Of a DNA stretch of 64,000 bases, positions 52,916-64,000 are shown one piece after another; the first letter of the stretch is position 1, and every line of letters begins with the position of its first letter. Both the position numbers and the translations under genes were made by a program. The DNA is from Lytechinus pictus (lineage: Eukaryota). The DNA lies in the NCBI RefSeq assembly GCF_037042905.1, contig NC_087259.1:28954001-29018000 (forward strand). The letters run 5' to 3'. Below the pieces are notes generated by a model. The model made no database searches. It was not told the DNA's origin and saw nothing but the letters and a program-made list of their open reading frames with translations.

Positions 52916-55041
52916 GTTAGTTATATAGCTACCCTGTTCACGATTACGAAAATTGATTAAAATTTTTGATTCTTTTTGTAGAAATGTTAACAATTTTCAG
53001 CTCGCGATTCGCGCTAGCATTATTTGTTTGTTTAAATATGTAACGTCTTCATGGCTAAGTGCAAGCAGTCCTTAACAAGTATCTTTTCGATCAGTTCAAA
53101 TAAAAAAAAAACATTTTATGGCTGCACTTTGCACTCGCATTATTAATGTAAGGACCGGGTGTAAGAAAGGCCCCCATTTACTCATCCTTTTCATGATTTA
53201 CAAAACATAAATAGAGTGTCTCGTTCATAGGTCTAAATCTCAAAATTTTCCCCTCGCTCTTCGCGTTCGCATCAATTGTTTAGTTATATACCTATTATAT
53301 GTTTCAGTTACAAAAAGTGCTCAGAATTTCCATTCTTTAGGCAAAAATTTAAGCTTGCGCTTCGCGCTCGCATTATTTGATTGTTGAAATATGTAACGTA
53401 TTCATGGCTAACCATTTCCATCAGTATGCTCGCACTTTGCGTTCGAAGTAATTATTTAGTTGCATAACATCTTTTTCAGGATAACAAACATTGCCCAAAA
53501 TGTTCAAATTTTAGGAAAAAATACATAAAATTTCCCCCCCCAAAAAAAAAAATTTGCTCGCGCTTCGCGCTCGCATTATATAGATAAGGATTATGATATT
53601 ATATATTTATGTTGAATTATAAGAATAAAGCTAAAAAGTGGCCCTGAGGACTACTCCGTCAATGAAACAAACAAAAATCATCTTCGAGCGGCCGATCGGG
53701 GATTAACATATGGCTGAAAAAAAAATTCGCCCCCCCCCCCCATTGGCGAAGGCTGGATCCGCCCCTGTTGTCTCCCTACCTTTCCGGACAGATTTCCGCC
53801 CATGTACACCACCCAAACAATCCATGATTGAACCCCTCCCCCCTTGAAATCATTGGTGGTATCCCGGGCTGGTATTCTGAGATCCATTTTATTTATTCAT
53901 TTATTTATTAGAAAATATTTATACAGGATAAAAAGATCAGCTGAATTGCTGTTTTACATCAATGTTCTGATTTGACAAGGTTATTATCTGGAATAAAGGG
54001 TCATATAGACTGGGGGCGGAAGCCTAAAAATTTAGAAGGGGGTGGCAAAAATATTTTCATCCACATTTTTCCCAATTGTCTGCATGCTAAAAGCTTTTTT
54101 TTTAAGTAATCCCACTTGCAGTCTGAAGTTTTACACATCTTAACTTTATTTTGCAGGATAAGATATGACTCATTGACCAAAAGTGTCTGAATTAATGAGG
54201 CGAGCGCGAAGCACGAACTAAAATTTTTTAATATTTCGACCTGAGATTTTTTTGACAGTGTACAGGGTTATAAGCACGTTTTTTATTAAGAAAAAATAGG
54301 CCTATAAAAGCGGGAGCTGAGACTTTATGAAGATTGAAACGGGACATTCATTCTATTTACGTTCAATCTTAAACATGATATGTATGTAAAGAGACAATTA
54401 TAACGAGCACAAAGCGAGAGCTGATTCTGTATATAAAAAAACAAGACATAATTATTCTATGGCCTTTTTAAATCATGAAAAAATGAAAATGGTGCACATC
54501 TTCCTAAATATATGATGAAGGTTCATACAAAATGCGAGCTAAATTTTTGTGATTTTCCAATCTGATACACGTTTTTAGATAAGGAAAATTTTCTTCTTTC
54601 TTTCTTTCTTCTTTTTCCCCTACGCAACTGAAAGTTAGTGTCCCCCTGCCCCCCCCCCCCCCCCATCCCCGCTTCATTTTTAAAGATACAGTATATATAT
54701 TTCGAAGATATTGTGGCCTATATAGCTCAGAATCACTGGTCAGTGCTTATAATAGAATACAAGGTAGTAGTATTGATACAGCCCCTATCCTGGGGACCGT
54801 TTCATTAAAGGACTTATCAGACGTTTTATCCGACAAGTACTGTTTTATTCATAGAGATATATATATCTTTATGGTTTTATCCGACACCGACAGTTACTAA
54901 GGTAACAGTGCCTCTAAGCCATTCATAATCAAGGAAAGTTGTCAGACCTGACAGTTTGTCAGACAAAAAATGTTGATGAAATGCTGTTCTGATCTTCAAC
55001 GTTGATGGCGTAGCACCTAAATCGCCTGCGATCTAATTTTC

Positions 55042-55054
55042 GTAACCAAGCAAC
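55042..55054 (+). promoter_or_regulatory. RFX X-box, probable CCDC180 promoter
   Basis: GTAACCAAGCAAC fits GTNRCC-N(0-3)-RGYAAC. It lies in a small CpG-rich patch about 1.8 kb upstream of the first coding exon of a cilia-associated gene. Confidence 0.6.
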
Positions 55055-55696
55055 ACCGTCGCTTCGATGAAAAAGAGTGTGAAAAAGATAAGAAAATGTT
55101 ATGTTCTCAGTGGATTTTCATTTAAATCATGACCTGATTTAATTGCTATGTGACAAGAGTTAGAGGCAAGTGTTACTTTGTTATTTTAAAACTGATTAAT
55201 TGGTACCCTATCCATATTTATTCTTGTCTTGTGACAAGCATCACCCAGAGTCGGACTTTCAGTCTCAGTCCCACGCATGCCTTTTTTCGTCTGTAGATGG
55301 GGGACCTAAAAAAGCTAGGCTTTTTTGTTTACAAATGATGAAAACTATGACAATTTCAGTATTTGAACAGATTGTCTTACTCTTATCTGTTGTAAGTACT
55401 CTAAAGATCAGTAGGTCGTACCAAGATGAAAAATCACAAAAATGTTTTCCGAACACAAACGAGCTCTTTTTTTCACTGCAAAATTGGGCCTTGCTCTTGG
55501 CAAAATTGGTTTTGAAAAACCAAAGCCAAGGCAAAACTATTGGGGTGTTGCAAGAAACTTGCGATCAATTGTAAGTCTAATTTTGGTCCCTAAATCAATC
55601 ACATGTCTTGTAGTTCATTGCAAATCAGTGATTGATTGCTATAAATCTGCTCCTTGTTGAAACAAGAAGTTCTGATTTGCTACACTACAGCTAACG

Positions 55697-56143
55697 TAGA
55701 CCAAAAGCTTCAGTCTCTGTTATGTTGGTTGTTCAGCTGAACTCCGTTGGCTTCACTCACCAAATACAGAGACCGAAGTTCTAGCGCGATCTGTACAGGG
55801 GACTCAATGGCCATATGTTTATGTACTTAAGAGCGGATAAAACGGGGAAGTGAATTTGCGCGACAGCCGAGGTAAGTCACTGTTTTTGTTCGTTTTAACT
55901 TGATTTTTCTCTGTTTTTTGGCAATTAATGCCAAGAGGGAATATTAATTTGCATTTTGGTCGCGTTAATTTTCAAAAATTTTATTCATTAAAGACAAAAA
56001 TTGAAGAGCCCCGACGGGGGGATTTTGCATTGCAAGTCCCCTAATGGTGGCTGCACGATAGCGAGCCGTCTGTGTACGAGGAAAAATAAAAATAATAAAA
56101 AATGTTAAAAAACTCCTCGAAACAGACGGCTGCCAGCTGTCTA
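55697..56143. mobile_element. Non-autonomous TAGAC...GTCTA element, copy 3 (inverted relative to copies 1 and 2)
   Basis: Exact 9-bp TSD CAGCTAACG (55688-55696 and 56144-56152). 55697-56008 is a close reverse complement of 29205-29515. Confidence 0.8.
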
Positions 56144-56895
56144 CAGCTAACGTTGATCTATCACTAGGCCTAGTATCAGTTGTAAAATTGCAACAGAATA
56201 TTTGCAATTTATTGCAAATATTTTCTTGCAACACCCCCTAAGTCAGTCTAGACTAGACAGCCTTCTGTTTGGAGGAGTTTCTAAACCATTTTTGGGGGGA
56301 CATTTAAAAAAATTTATTTTACATGTAGGCCCTATCACAGAGTGACAGACAGCTATCCATTTTTTTTGGCATTGACTGTGCACGTGCAATAAGGTAGAAA
56401 GAATTGGCAATGAATGCTAAACAGATGGCACTTGCAGATGTGCTCAAAATATTTATGTTTGCGATGGCCCATCTTTCAATGCGTTGCTGCTGATATCGCT
56501 TCCATGATGCAGTATGGTAGGATGGAAGTATCCTCTATTTCCCCCTCCGTGATTGTATGATGGGGTGTCCAAACTTTGCGGACATTTAAAAAATGTTCAC
56601 CAGGCTTAAATGTTCACAAATGTTATACAAAACCAATTTAAATGATAGCTACTAAATTGATGGCAAGATCGTAAACTATAAAATTATTGACGAAAATGTG
56701 AAGTAGCTTTTCATGTTGATGATATCAGATTTTAAAAATGTTGAATAGATTTTGAGACAATGACCGTCTGCGAAGTATGGACACACAAGAAGTTTGGACT
56801 CGCTGCCATACTTCCTGGCAAGTATGATACTTTGTGGTGTATGATGGTATATTTATTTGCGTAAAATAATCTTTATTTTTCAGCTTGGAATTAAA

Positions 56896-59800
56896 ATGAT
56901 GGCAGAAACCAAAGCAGTACGAGTTGTGCCCTCGGGACATATCTACAAACAAATATTTGACGCCCAGGTAAGAATGCTACAGCCTGCAGTGTTTTGCAAC
57001 CTAATTTTTATACTAAAATTGATATCATTATAAAATATTTGAATTTTTGCAGGTAAGGAAGCTCTTCATTGATTGATGATATGTTGCACTAATGTAACTA
57101 TGCAATTTACTGATGGCAATTCTGCATGTTCAGACTACTGTCACGATTAAACTAAACTGAAAACAGAATAGACTGACATAAAAAAATAATTTCAATCAAT
57201 TAATTGTTATTGATGACATTAAAGAAATAAAGAATGGCTTTCATGAAGTTTGGCTGGGAGATTTATAAATCATTTCAGTATAGTAGTACAAATAAGCTGG
57301 TAAAAAAGTCCTTGAGTTGTAGTCTGCAATGTTTATGATGATGAAAATGATGTTGAAATGCGAAAAGCAATCCCAGTCTCTGAACTAAAATATCTGTGAA
57401 GATAAATTCGAGGATGACAAACCATTGGTTTCAGCAATCCATTGATTGAAAACAAAAATATTCTCTAAACAGGTTGATGATTTTGATGAGAACTGAGATT
57501 TTTGTTACCACAATCCACAATCAGGTTGTTACCACATCATCATAACACTGCCATTCATATACCTAGGTGCAATTAGTCAAGACACTGGAGCAAAATGATC
57601 ACCCTCGCCAACAATGTGAACCTAAGACCTTATCTGTCCCTTTGGTTCATGAGAACCGTGCTGAGATGGGTAAGAGTCTGCTGCCCTCTAGAGATGTAGA
57701 TTGGATGGAGAGTTTGCCAAACAACCAGCAAACTGAAAACCCTGTCCTTTACAAGTGAGTAGAATCTACTTCTCATCTACAATCTGATGATGTGAACAGG
57801 TGGGTGTTTCATAAAGCTTTTCGTAAGTTAAGAGTGACTTTAAGAACAACTGGTGATCCTTTCTTTCGCGCTAATAATCACCAATGAACATTTAATGGTG
57901 AATATCATTTACCACAAGAAAGTATCACCAGTCGTTCTTGAAGTCGCTCTTAACTTACAAACAGCTTTATGAAACGGCCTCCTGGGCTAGCAAATAATAA
58001 TAATGATAATAAAAGCAGTTATTATGTAGGACATACAGTATCATGTTGGGATGTAACATCTCTATGTACATGTACTTCCAAAGTACTTCGGTATTATTAC
58101 CTCTGCTTTAGCTTTATGGCCTTTGAACTTTGACCTTTTAATTGCCCATCTTAAAATCGTTAGAAAATTCAATTTGATTCCATCTCCATCTCCCATCCCT
58201 TGCTCTCACTATAATTCATCTTTCTCTATTCCACTCTTTCTTTCTTCCCTCCCCCCGCCCATTAAGGTCTGCTCCCAATTGTCTTCCCCAATCCTTTTTG
58301 TTATTCTTTAACACTTTATGTTTATCGGTGTATCTTCCAGAATGAAATCTTTGATATTTGTACAAGTCCTCATTGTCCTATACCTTTTTTTTATGTGGGA
58401 AAGTGATTTTCTGTATTTGTTATCAATTGTGACTGCTATGCAATCAGTTAGAAATATAATAATTATATTGATATTCAGTTGATATATTGACATAAGGAGG
58501 AGACAAAGATTGATGGAAGACTAACACATCACATTGCTAATAGAAGCAGAGAGGTGTCATGATCAAAGATAATTTAAGAAAAAGACACAAAGGGATGTAT
58601 GTAAGTAAAGAATAAAGAGATTAATTAGGAGAGGGATAACTAAGGATGGGCATTAGGGCTGAGTCCCCCCCCCCCATTTGAATTTTGATCACTTTTTTGG
58701 GGGGAAAGTGCTTTTCATTCGGAAAATGGTTGTGACCTTTGACCCCTTTTTTGTTTTTGCCTTTAAGTCAAGTCTCTTTCCTTCATTAAAAGAAAGCATC
58801 CCCACAAGCTGAATGAATTGTATTTTTGTTTTCTTTTGGTAATTCTAGGCAATCTGTTGAAAATGCTGATAGGAAAGTTAAAGAACCCAAATCAGTCATC
58901 GCAGCCAGAGAAGTCAGAGGACTTGCTGATACTATTGGTTTGTATATATACACTTTCATAGATTCATTGGGAAATAAGTGAGTGGGACTACTTTAAGGTT
59001 GTCTTTTTTTACGTTTTCAAGTACCGTTTTGTGGCTCGTCAAAATGAGTGGTTATTTTCTCTCAGCTTTTGTTTTTTTTGCAAATTTTGTGAGTCATTCC
59101 TTCCAAACATTGAGACTGCAATGTATGGCTACTTATTGTAATGAAAACATTACAAAAATTGTGAATTCATTTTACAAAATTATTGGCTTGAACAGTATTT
59201 ATTTAAAGCCTGGATAACACTTGGGGAAAGGGTCAGTAATATGAAATACTCAGGTACCACCTATTACGTAGGCATCTTTTATTAACTGCTGATTGTTTGC
59301 ACAAATTTTGTCTTACTTTATTTTTGCTTCCACCTTGACAGCAACAAGCTAATCAGCTTTAAAATGAATTTACTCACAAATTTGCTATAGGCCAATAAGG
59401 TTGACCTATCAGATTCATGATTTGCTTCCTTTTACCAATAGAATCTGAGAAACTTGGATCAGATATCATAGAGAGATTAGCAGAGAGTAGGAGAGTTAGA
59501 CATGATGAGGCTACTGAAGATCTACATCATGAATTCACAATCATTTCAAATGTAAGTAGTCTATCAACCTTTCTTGAATGGCACATATGACCCCCCCCCC
59601 CTTCCCCCGCAGGTTCAGAGCTTTTTTTTTCTTTCTCAAATTGACAATACAGTCCGACCTCTCTTATCCGGACATGTTGGGACCTAAGGGATTTATCCGT
59701 ATCTGGGAGACCCAATATTAAATACACACAGCTGCCTTCCCAGTGGTAGCTACACGTAATCTATTGTATGGGTGTACACAGACAACATTCACTGCAGTGT

Positions 59801-62800
59801 CAGTGCAAATTATAGGAGTTTTTTTTTTAACGGAAATAAAATCGGTTGGTTGCCAAAACTCTTGGATAATTTACCTGCTGAAATGATTGAGGAATACATC
59901 TAGCATGCCTCGAAAGAAAGAGAATGAACTAAGTTTGAAATTGGATTATCGCGGCGGGCATCGCAGCTTTACAAATTCAGCCATTGTCATACTGTAGGCT
60001 CAAACAATGCAATGATTTACTGGAAAATTACCCTGTCTAAGTTCTTTCGGTGATTTGGCTAAGATATTCTCATAAAAAACAATGTTGTTGTAGGTAGACT
60101 ATATTGGAAAAATGTATGTAATCAAAGTGAGTTTGCGTAGGAATTATTTTAGATTGAAATCTCATTTTCCCACATACCGTACATGTTATAGATTTTTTTT
60201 TTAATCTCGGCAAGTGTGCGTCTGGATAATAGAAAGATCCGGATAAGGGGAGGCCAGATAAGAGAGGTCTGACTGTAATTATATTTTTTAAATCTTTCCA
60301 TCTGGCTTGAAAAAAATAAATGTAGATATAATGTAACACCATCCAAAGAACGACAGTACGACAATACGCCAGACGGTGGCCTGTACTTATAGAGAAGAAG
60401 AAGTGAATCCTGATTTTAAAATCTGAACAAAAGGTACCAATTTAAACCAAAAATAGAGATTATTTGAATTGTCACTGTATTTTAAATTTAATCTTTTGAT
60501 GATTAGCAACATTTGGAAATTTATTTTCTTTCTATATGCGTTTGATTAAAAAAAAAGAGGAAACAGGACATCACTTCATTAAAATAAAGTTTACAGCCAT
60601 AATGAATATAAAGAATTATTTTTATATTTCTAAATCTAAGCAAGATAATAAAATGATTATCAATTAATCAACCAGGACAAAGAAACCCTGTACAAATATA
60701 AGTTGAGATTCAATCGCTTCAGTTTTCAGAATATTTTCTTTATCTGTTTTGCCATTTACAAAAAAAAATAATAATCAATGTTAATTGAATAAGCATTTTT
60801 TTTAATTTTTAATCTATATCTTCCATTGGGACTTGGCCATTTATTATAGCTGTCTGCCAAATACATTTACACATGAACTTCAACTCTTTTTAACCATGTT
60901 TTAATTCTCCTACATTTCCAAGGATATTGAGCCTAAGATAGCAGCCAGTGGTGAACTTTTGATCAAGAAACTTGATGGCAATGATAAAGGTATGGATCAT
61001 TTACACCAGCTTTAATTTTAGTCACGTATTTATTATTTTTTCAAACTGAAGGCCAGGGTCCTGTTTCATAAAGAGTGACAACTATTGTAACTGTGTCATT
61101 AAAACAACTACCATATTAATAGGGTTCAACAACCAATCATATTCATGGTTTCCTTGTTTTATTTTTACAATAATTGCAAGTTACAATAGTTGTAAACTGT
61201 TTATGAAACAGGACCCTGTTCAGTCAAGTCAAAGCACATTAATGTTTAGCAATATTTTACAACAGAGTTTACATATAGAATGCATTTTTATCAACATAAG
61301 TGGAATTGCTATGATGAAAATTTTGCTGAGTTTTGTATCATCATGTCTGCATGCTAGGATTAAAGGGATGAATTAACTTTGTCATATGTGGGAAAATTAC
61401 TCCTGATCGAATGAGAGGTATGTTGTTACTTCTCTACCATGTATATCATATATAATCAACAGTGCCTTAACTTCATGAGGAAAGAAACATTTTAATTACC
61501 ATGCATACACATGTATAATTTAAAAAAATGCCTTAACTTCGCAGGGAAAGGAACATTTTAATGCAAAGTATAGGTTTCACAACTGCATTTTTAAAAGTTT
61601 CATTGGTTTTGTTCAAGCAGATGAGTCATATCACTATATATCATGAAATCATTGGATGTTCGTGGTTTAGAATGACCTTTCTTCCCATTTAATTTTGTAT
61701 CTGTAGAAATTGAGAAGATGCTTGCACGGATAGCTGATGATGATGTAAGTTGGTATATTTTTTTCATTATCATATTTTGATAGATATTTTCAATAATATC
61801 ATGACCTCCTTACAAATCATTTTTGACATCCACTCAGTTTGTCCTTTTTGATAGTAGAAATGATAACAATATTGATAGTAATGTTACTATTAATGGAATG
61901 AAATGAATAATGTGAATAAAAATGGTGTTTTATTGGGTTAGGTGTTTGGAGATCACATGGTCAATCACTAATAGAAAGTGGAACTGGACAGACACACTAA
62001 GATATGCTTTCATATTTGTCTTTTAGTTCACTGGTTCAGCGAATGAATCCACAAAATAATAGTTTAAAAATAATTATGCCTTTTAGAGTAGAAAACATTT
62101 TGATAATCGCAGATGCATGGATGCAAAACCTGGGCCCAGTCTGACCATTAGATGTAATTGATTAATATCAATTTCTAATCAAAGAATTGATCAAAAAATC
62201 TTTTTAACTAAGAAATCATAGATTGCAAATCGCAATTTCAGTTTGCTTTGTTGTATTAGACCTTGACATCACTGCGCCGCCATCTTAGAGGCTGAAGCCA
62301 TAGCCTTGCATGCGTTGCTGATCTGCAGCTGGCGCATCTCTGACAACTCTGTTTATGCTTATTCCTATATCCTCTGAAAGAGGGCTCTGTGAGATTATGA
62401 TGCAATATGCATGAGGTCTGTATGAGACCCAGTTGATGTCATGCCGTTTCAATATAGCATGGTAGAAATTGAAAGACAAATAAACAATCATGTTTGATTT
62501 TGACAGGAACTGAAAGATTATAGTCTATCTGAGTTGGTGAGTCTATGGGCACAGATAGAGGAACAAGCATGGATAAGAAGAGAGTTTATCAATGAAATGG
62601 ATGCAACACTGACGTCATTAGAAGATGATAGGCTAGCCAAGGTGTGTATAAACATTTATTTAACACGGGGGGGGGGCTCTGTTATGTCCTTAATCATAAA
62701 AGCAAAGGCCCACCAACAAGTTGATTTGAATTAAAAGAGAAGAGAAAATAAATATGACAATTAGAAGTTCAGTTGTGCTTAATTTGAAGAGAGGAAAAAA

Positions 62801-63998
62801 AAGCAGTTTATGTATTTCATATGTGGTGAGCAAAAGTGTGAGTCAATGACGTCACATTCTTACTCTTTCTTGTGTATTTTGTAATCTGTAATATGATCTT
62901 TTTCAATGTTTTCCTCTTGTAATGTAATAGATGATTGAGAAGGTTAAATTGAAACACATGATTTGTTTTGATTTCAGTTGAAAGACATCCTGAAGACCTA
63001 CGCCAAGAAGATGGAAGGCATTGCCTATCTGATGCCCCCTAACGTCCAGAGATTGATTGAGAAGGAATCTACTGTCATCAATCAGACGCTGCTCATAAAC
63101 AGGAGAGCTTATACAGATCTACATGCTAGATTAATGAAGACTGATATTGAACGTGATAAGAACCACAGAGGAATCTGGGAAGATAGGCTGGCCGACTGGC
63201 GCAAGCTCAACATTGAGATTGCTGTCAAGAAATTCTTGTGAGTATACCCAGATGTTCTGTGACCCGACAGTTATGTCGTCCGGACAAGACAGATTTTTTA
63301 AAGAATTTGCAAACAATGTTTCTAAATAGTTCAAATGTAATGTCATATAATATAACAAAGCACATATGCATTCACAATTTTTGCGTAATTTGATGCATGT
63401 ATGTTGAGAAAACCTAGAGCAAAAGATGAGGTTTCCATCTGCTGAAGTGTCTGAGTATCGACTACCCAAATCTCTTGTAGAGTTTCTTTATGTTAAAGGT
63501 ATAATACTGGGCTGAGAGTGCAACTGATAAATATAGGATTTAGGAAGTTCTATTACTACTTTTTTTCCTTGTAATTTTATCAGTGAGAAAAAAATATTAA
63601 TTCAGCAAAGTGAAGTCAATGAAAATAAAATTTAAAATGGTTATACTGAAGCTTTTCGACATGCACTCGGAGTTAAAACAGTAAAAGTGACGCCATTATT
63701 ACTATAGGAACAGGGTGGAGTTTGTTATTGTTAGACTGTTCCGAACTCCTAACAGTACCTCATCCTGTTCTGAGATAATTTTTGTTGTCTTCCAACTTAT
63801 TTGTTAAAGAGAACAGAAAAGTAAATTGTTTGATTTTGAAATGACTGTATATGTACTTCTGATTCTGTATTGCTACAGGGACTTTATGCAGAGTGATCGT
63901 ATTGTAAACCCTTCTAAGGTCAATGTACTATTGGAAAAGCTACACCATGAACAAGTTCAGCTCAATGTTGAAAGACTGGAAATCTTAGCAAAACTCAA
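56896..63998 (+). CDS. CCDC180: Coiled-coil domain-containing protein 180, 5' portion (continues beyond window)
   Basis: Phase-consistent exons 56896-56967, 57567-57754, 58849-58937, 59442-59551, 60923-60989, 61707-61744, 62507-62641, 62978-63237, 63879-63998. The protein VVPSGHIYKQIFDAQVQLVKTL..WMESLPN..ENPVLYK..IAAREVRGLADTI..YLMPPNVQRLIEKE..NRRAY matches the CCDC180 N-terminus as I recall it. Confidence 0.9.
57799..57985. mobile_element. Palindromic MITE (related: 61055-61218, 15205-15350)
   Basis: GTTTCATAAAGCT..GTAAGTTAAGAG ... CTCTTAACTTAC..AGCTTTATGAAAC inverted arms. Confidence 0.65.
59650..60275. mobile_element. Tc1/mariner (pogo-type) MITE in a CCDC180 intron
   Basis: TA-CAGTCCGACCTCTCTTATCCGG ... 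CCAGATAAGAGAGGTCTGACTG-TA. Confidence 0.75.
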
Positions 63999-64000
63999 GT

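Larger units (their letters stand above)
48684..53804. mobile_element. hAT-like non-autonomous element (outer copy), split by an inverted copy of the same family
   Basis: 14-bp TIR CATGGGCGGAAATC, 8-bp TSD TACACCAC (48676-48683 and 53805-53812), and many GCTCGCGCTTCGCGCTCGC motifs. Confidence 0.85.

Overview
Intron-rich, AT-rich animal genomic DNA, probably an echinoderm such as a sea urchin (inferred from the repeat families and gene set). Four host genes can be spliced together by hand, each with consistent exon phases: (1) the last 9 exons of CATSPERB, the sperm CatSper channel beta subunit (+, 704-13359); (2, 3) a head-to-head pair of flavin-containing monooxygenase genes (FMO-A, -, 25801-20049, 523 aa; FMO-B, +, 30060-43343, 525 aa) on either side of an assembly gap; (4) the first 9 coding exons of CCDC180 (+, 56896 to the window end), preceded by an RFX X-box. 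The first coding intron of FMO-B holds an apparently intact 6.5-kb Sola2-like DNA transposon with an 874-aa transposase, atypical 13-bp TIRs, an AGCT target duplication and 11 palindromic subterminal motifs. Other notable structure: three copies of a small element with 5-bp TIRs, terminal hairpins and exact 9-bp TSDs; a hAT-like element inserted inverted into its own family copy, containing a 39-bp templated insertion; tandem decoy splice acceptors in CATSPERB; patchwork gene conversion between the FMO paralogues; a 2.7-kb minisatellite; and many MITEs and SINEs. All alignments and family assignments were made by eye or from memory, and no searches were run.
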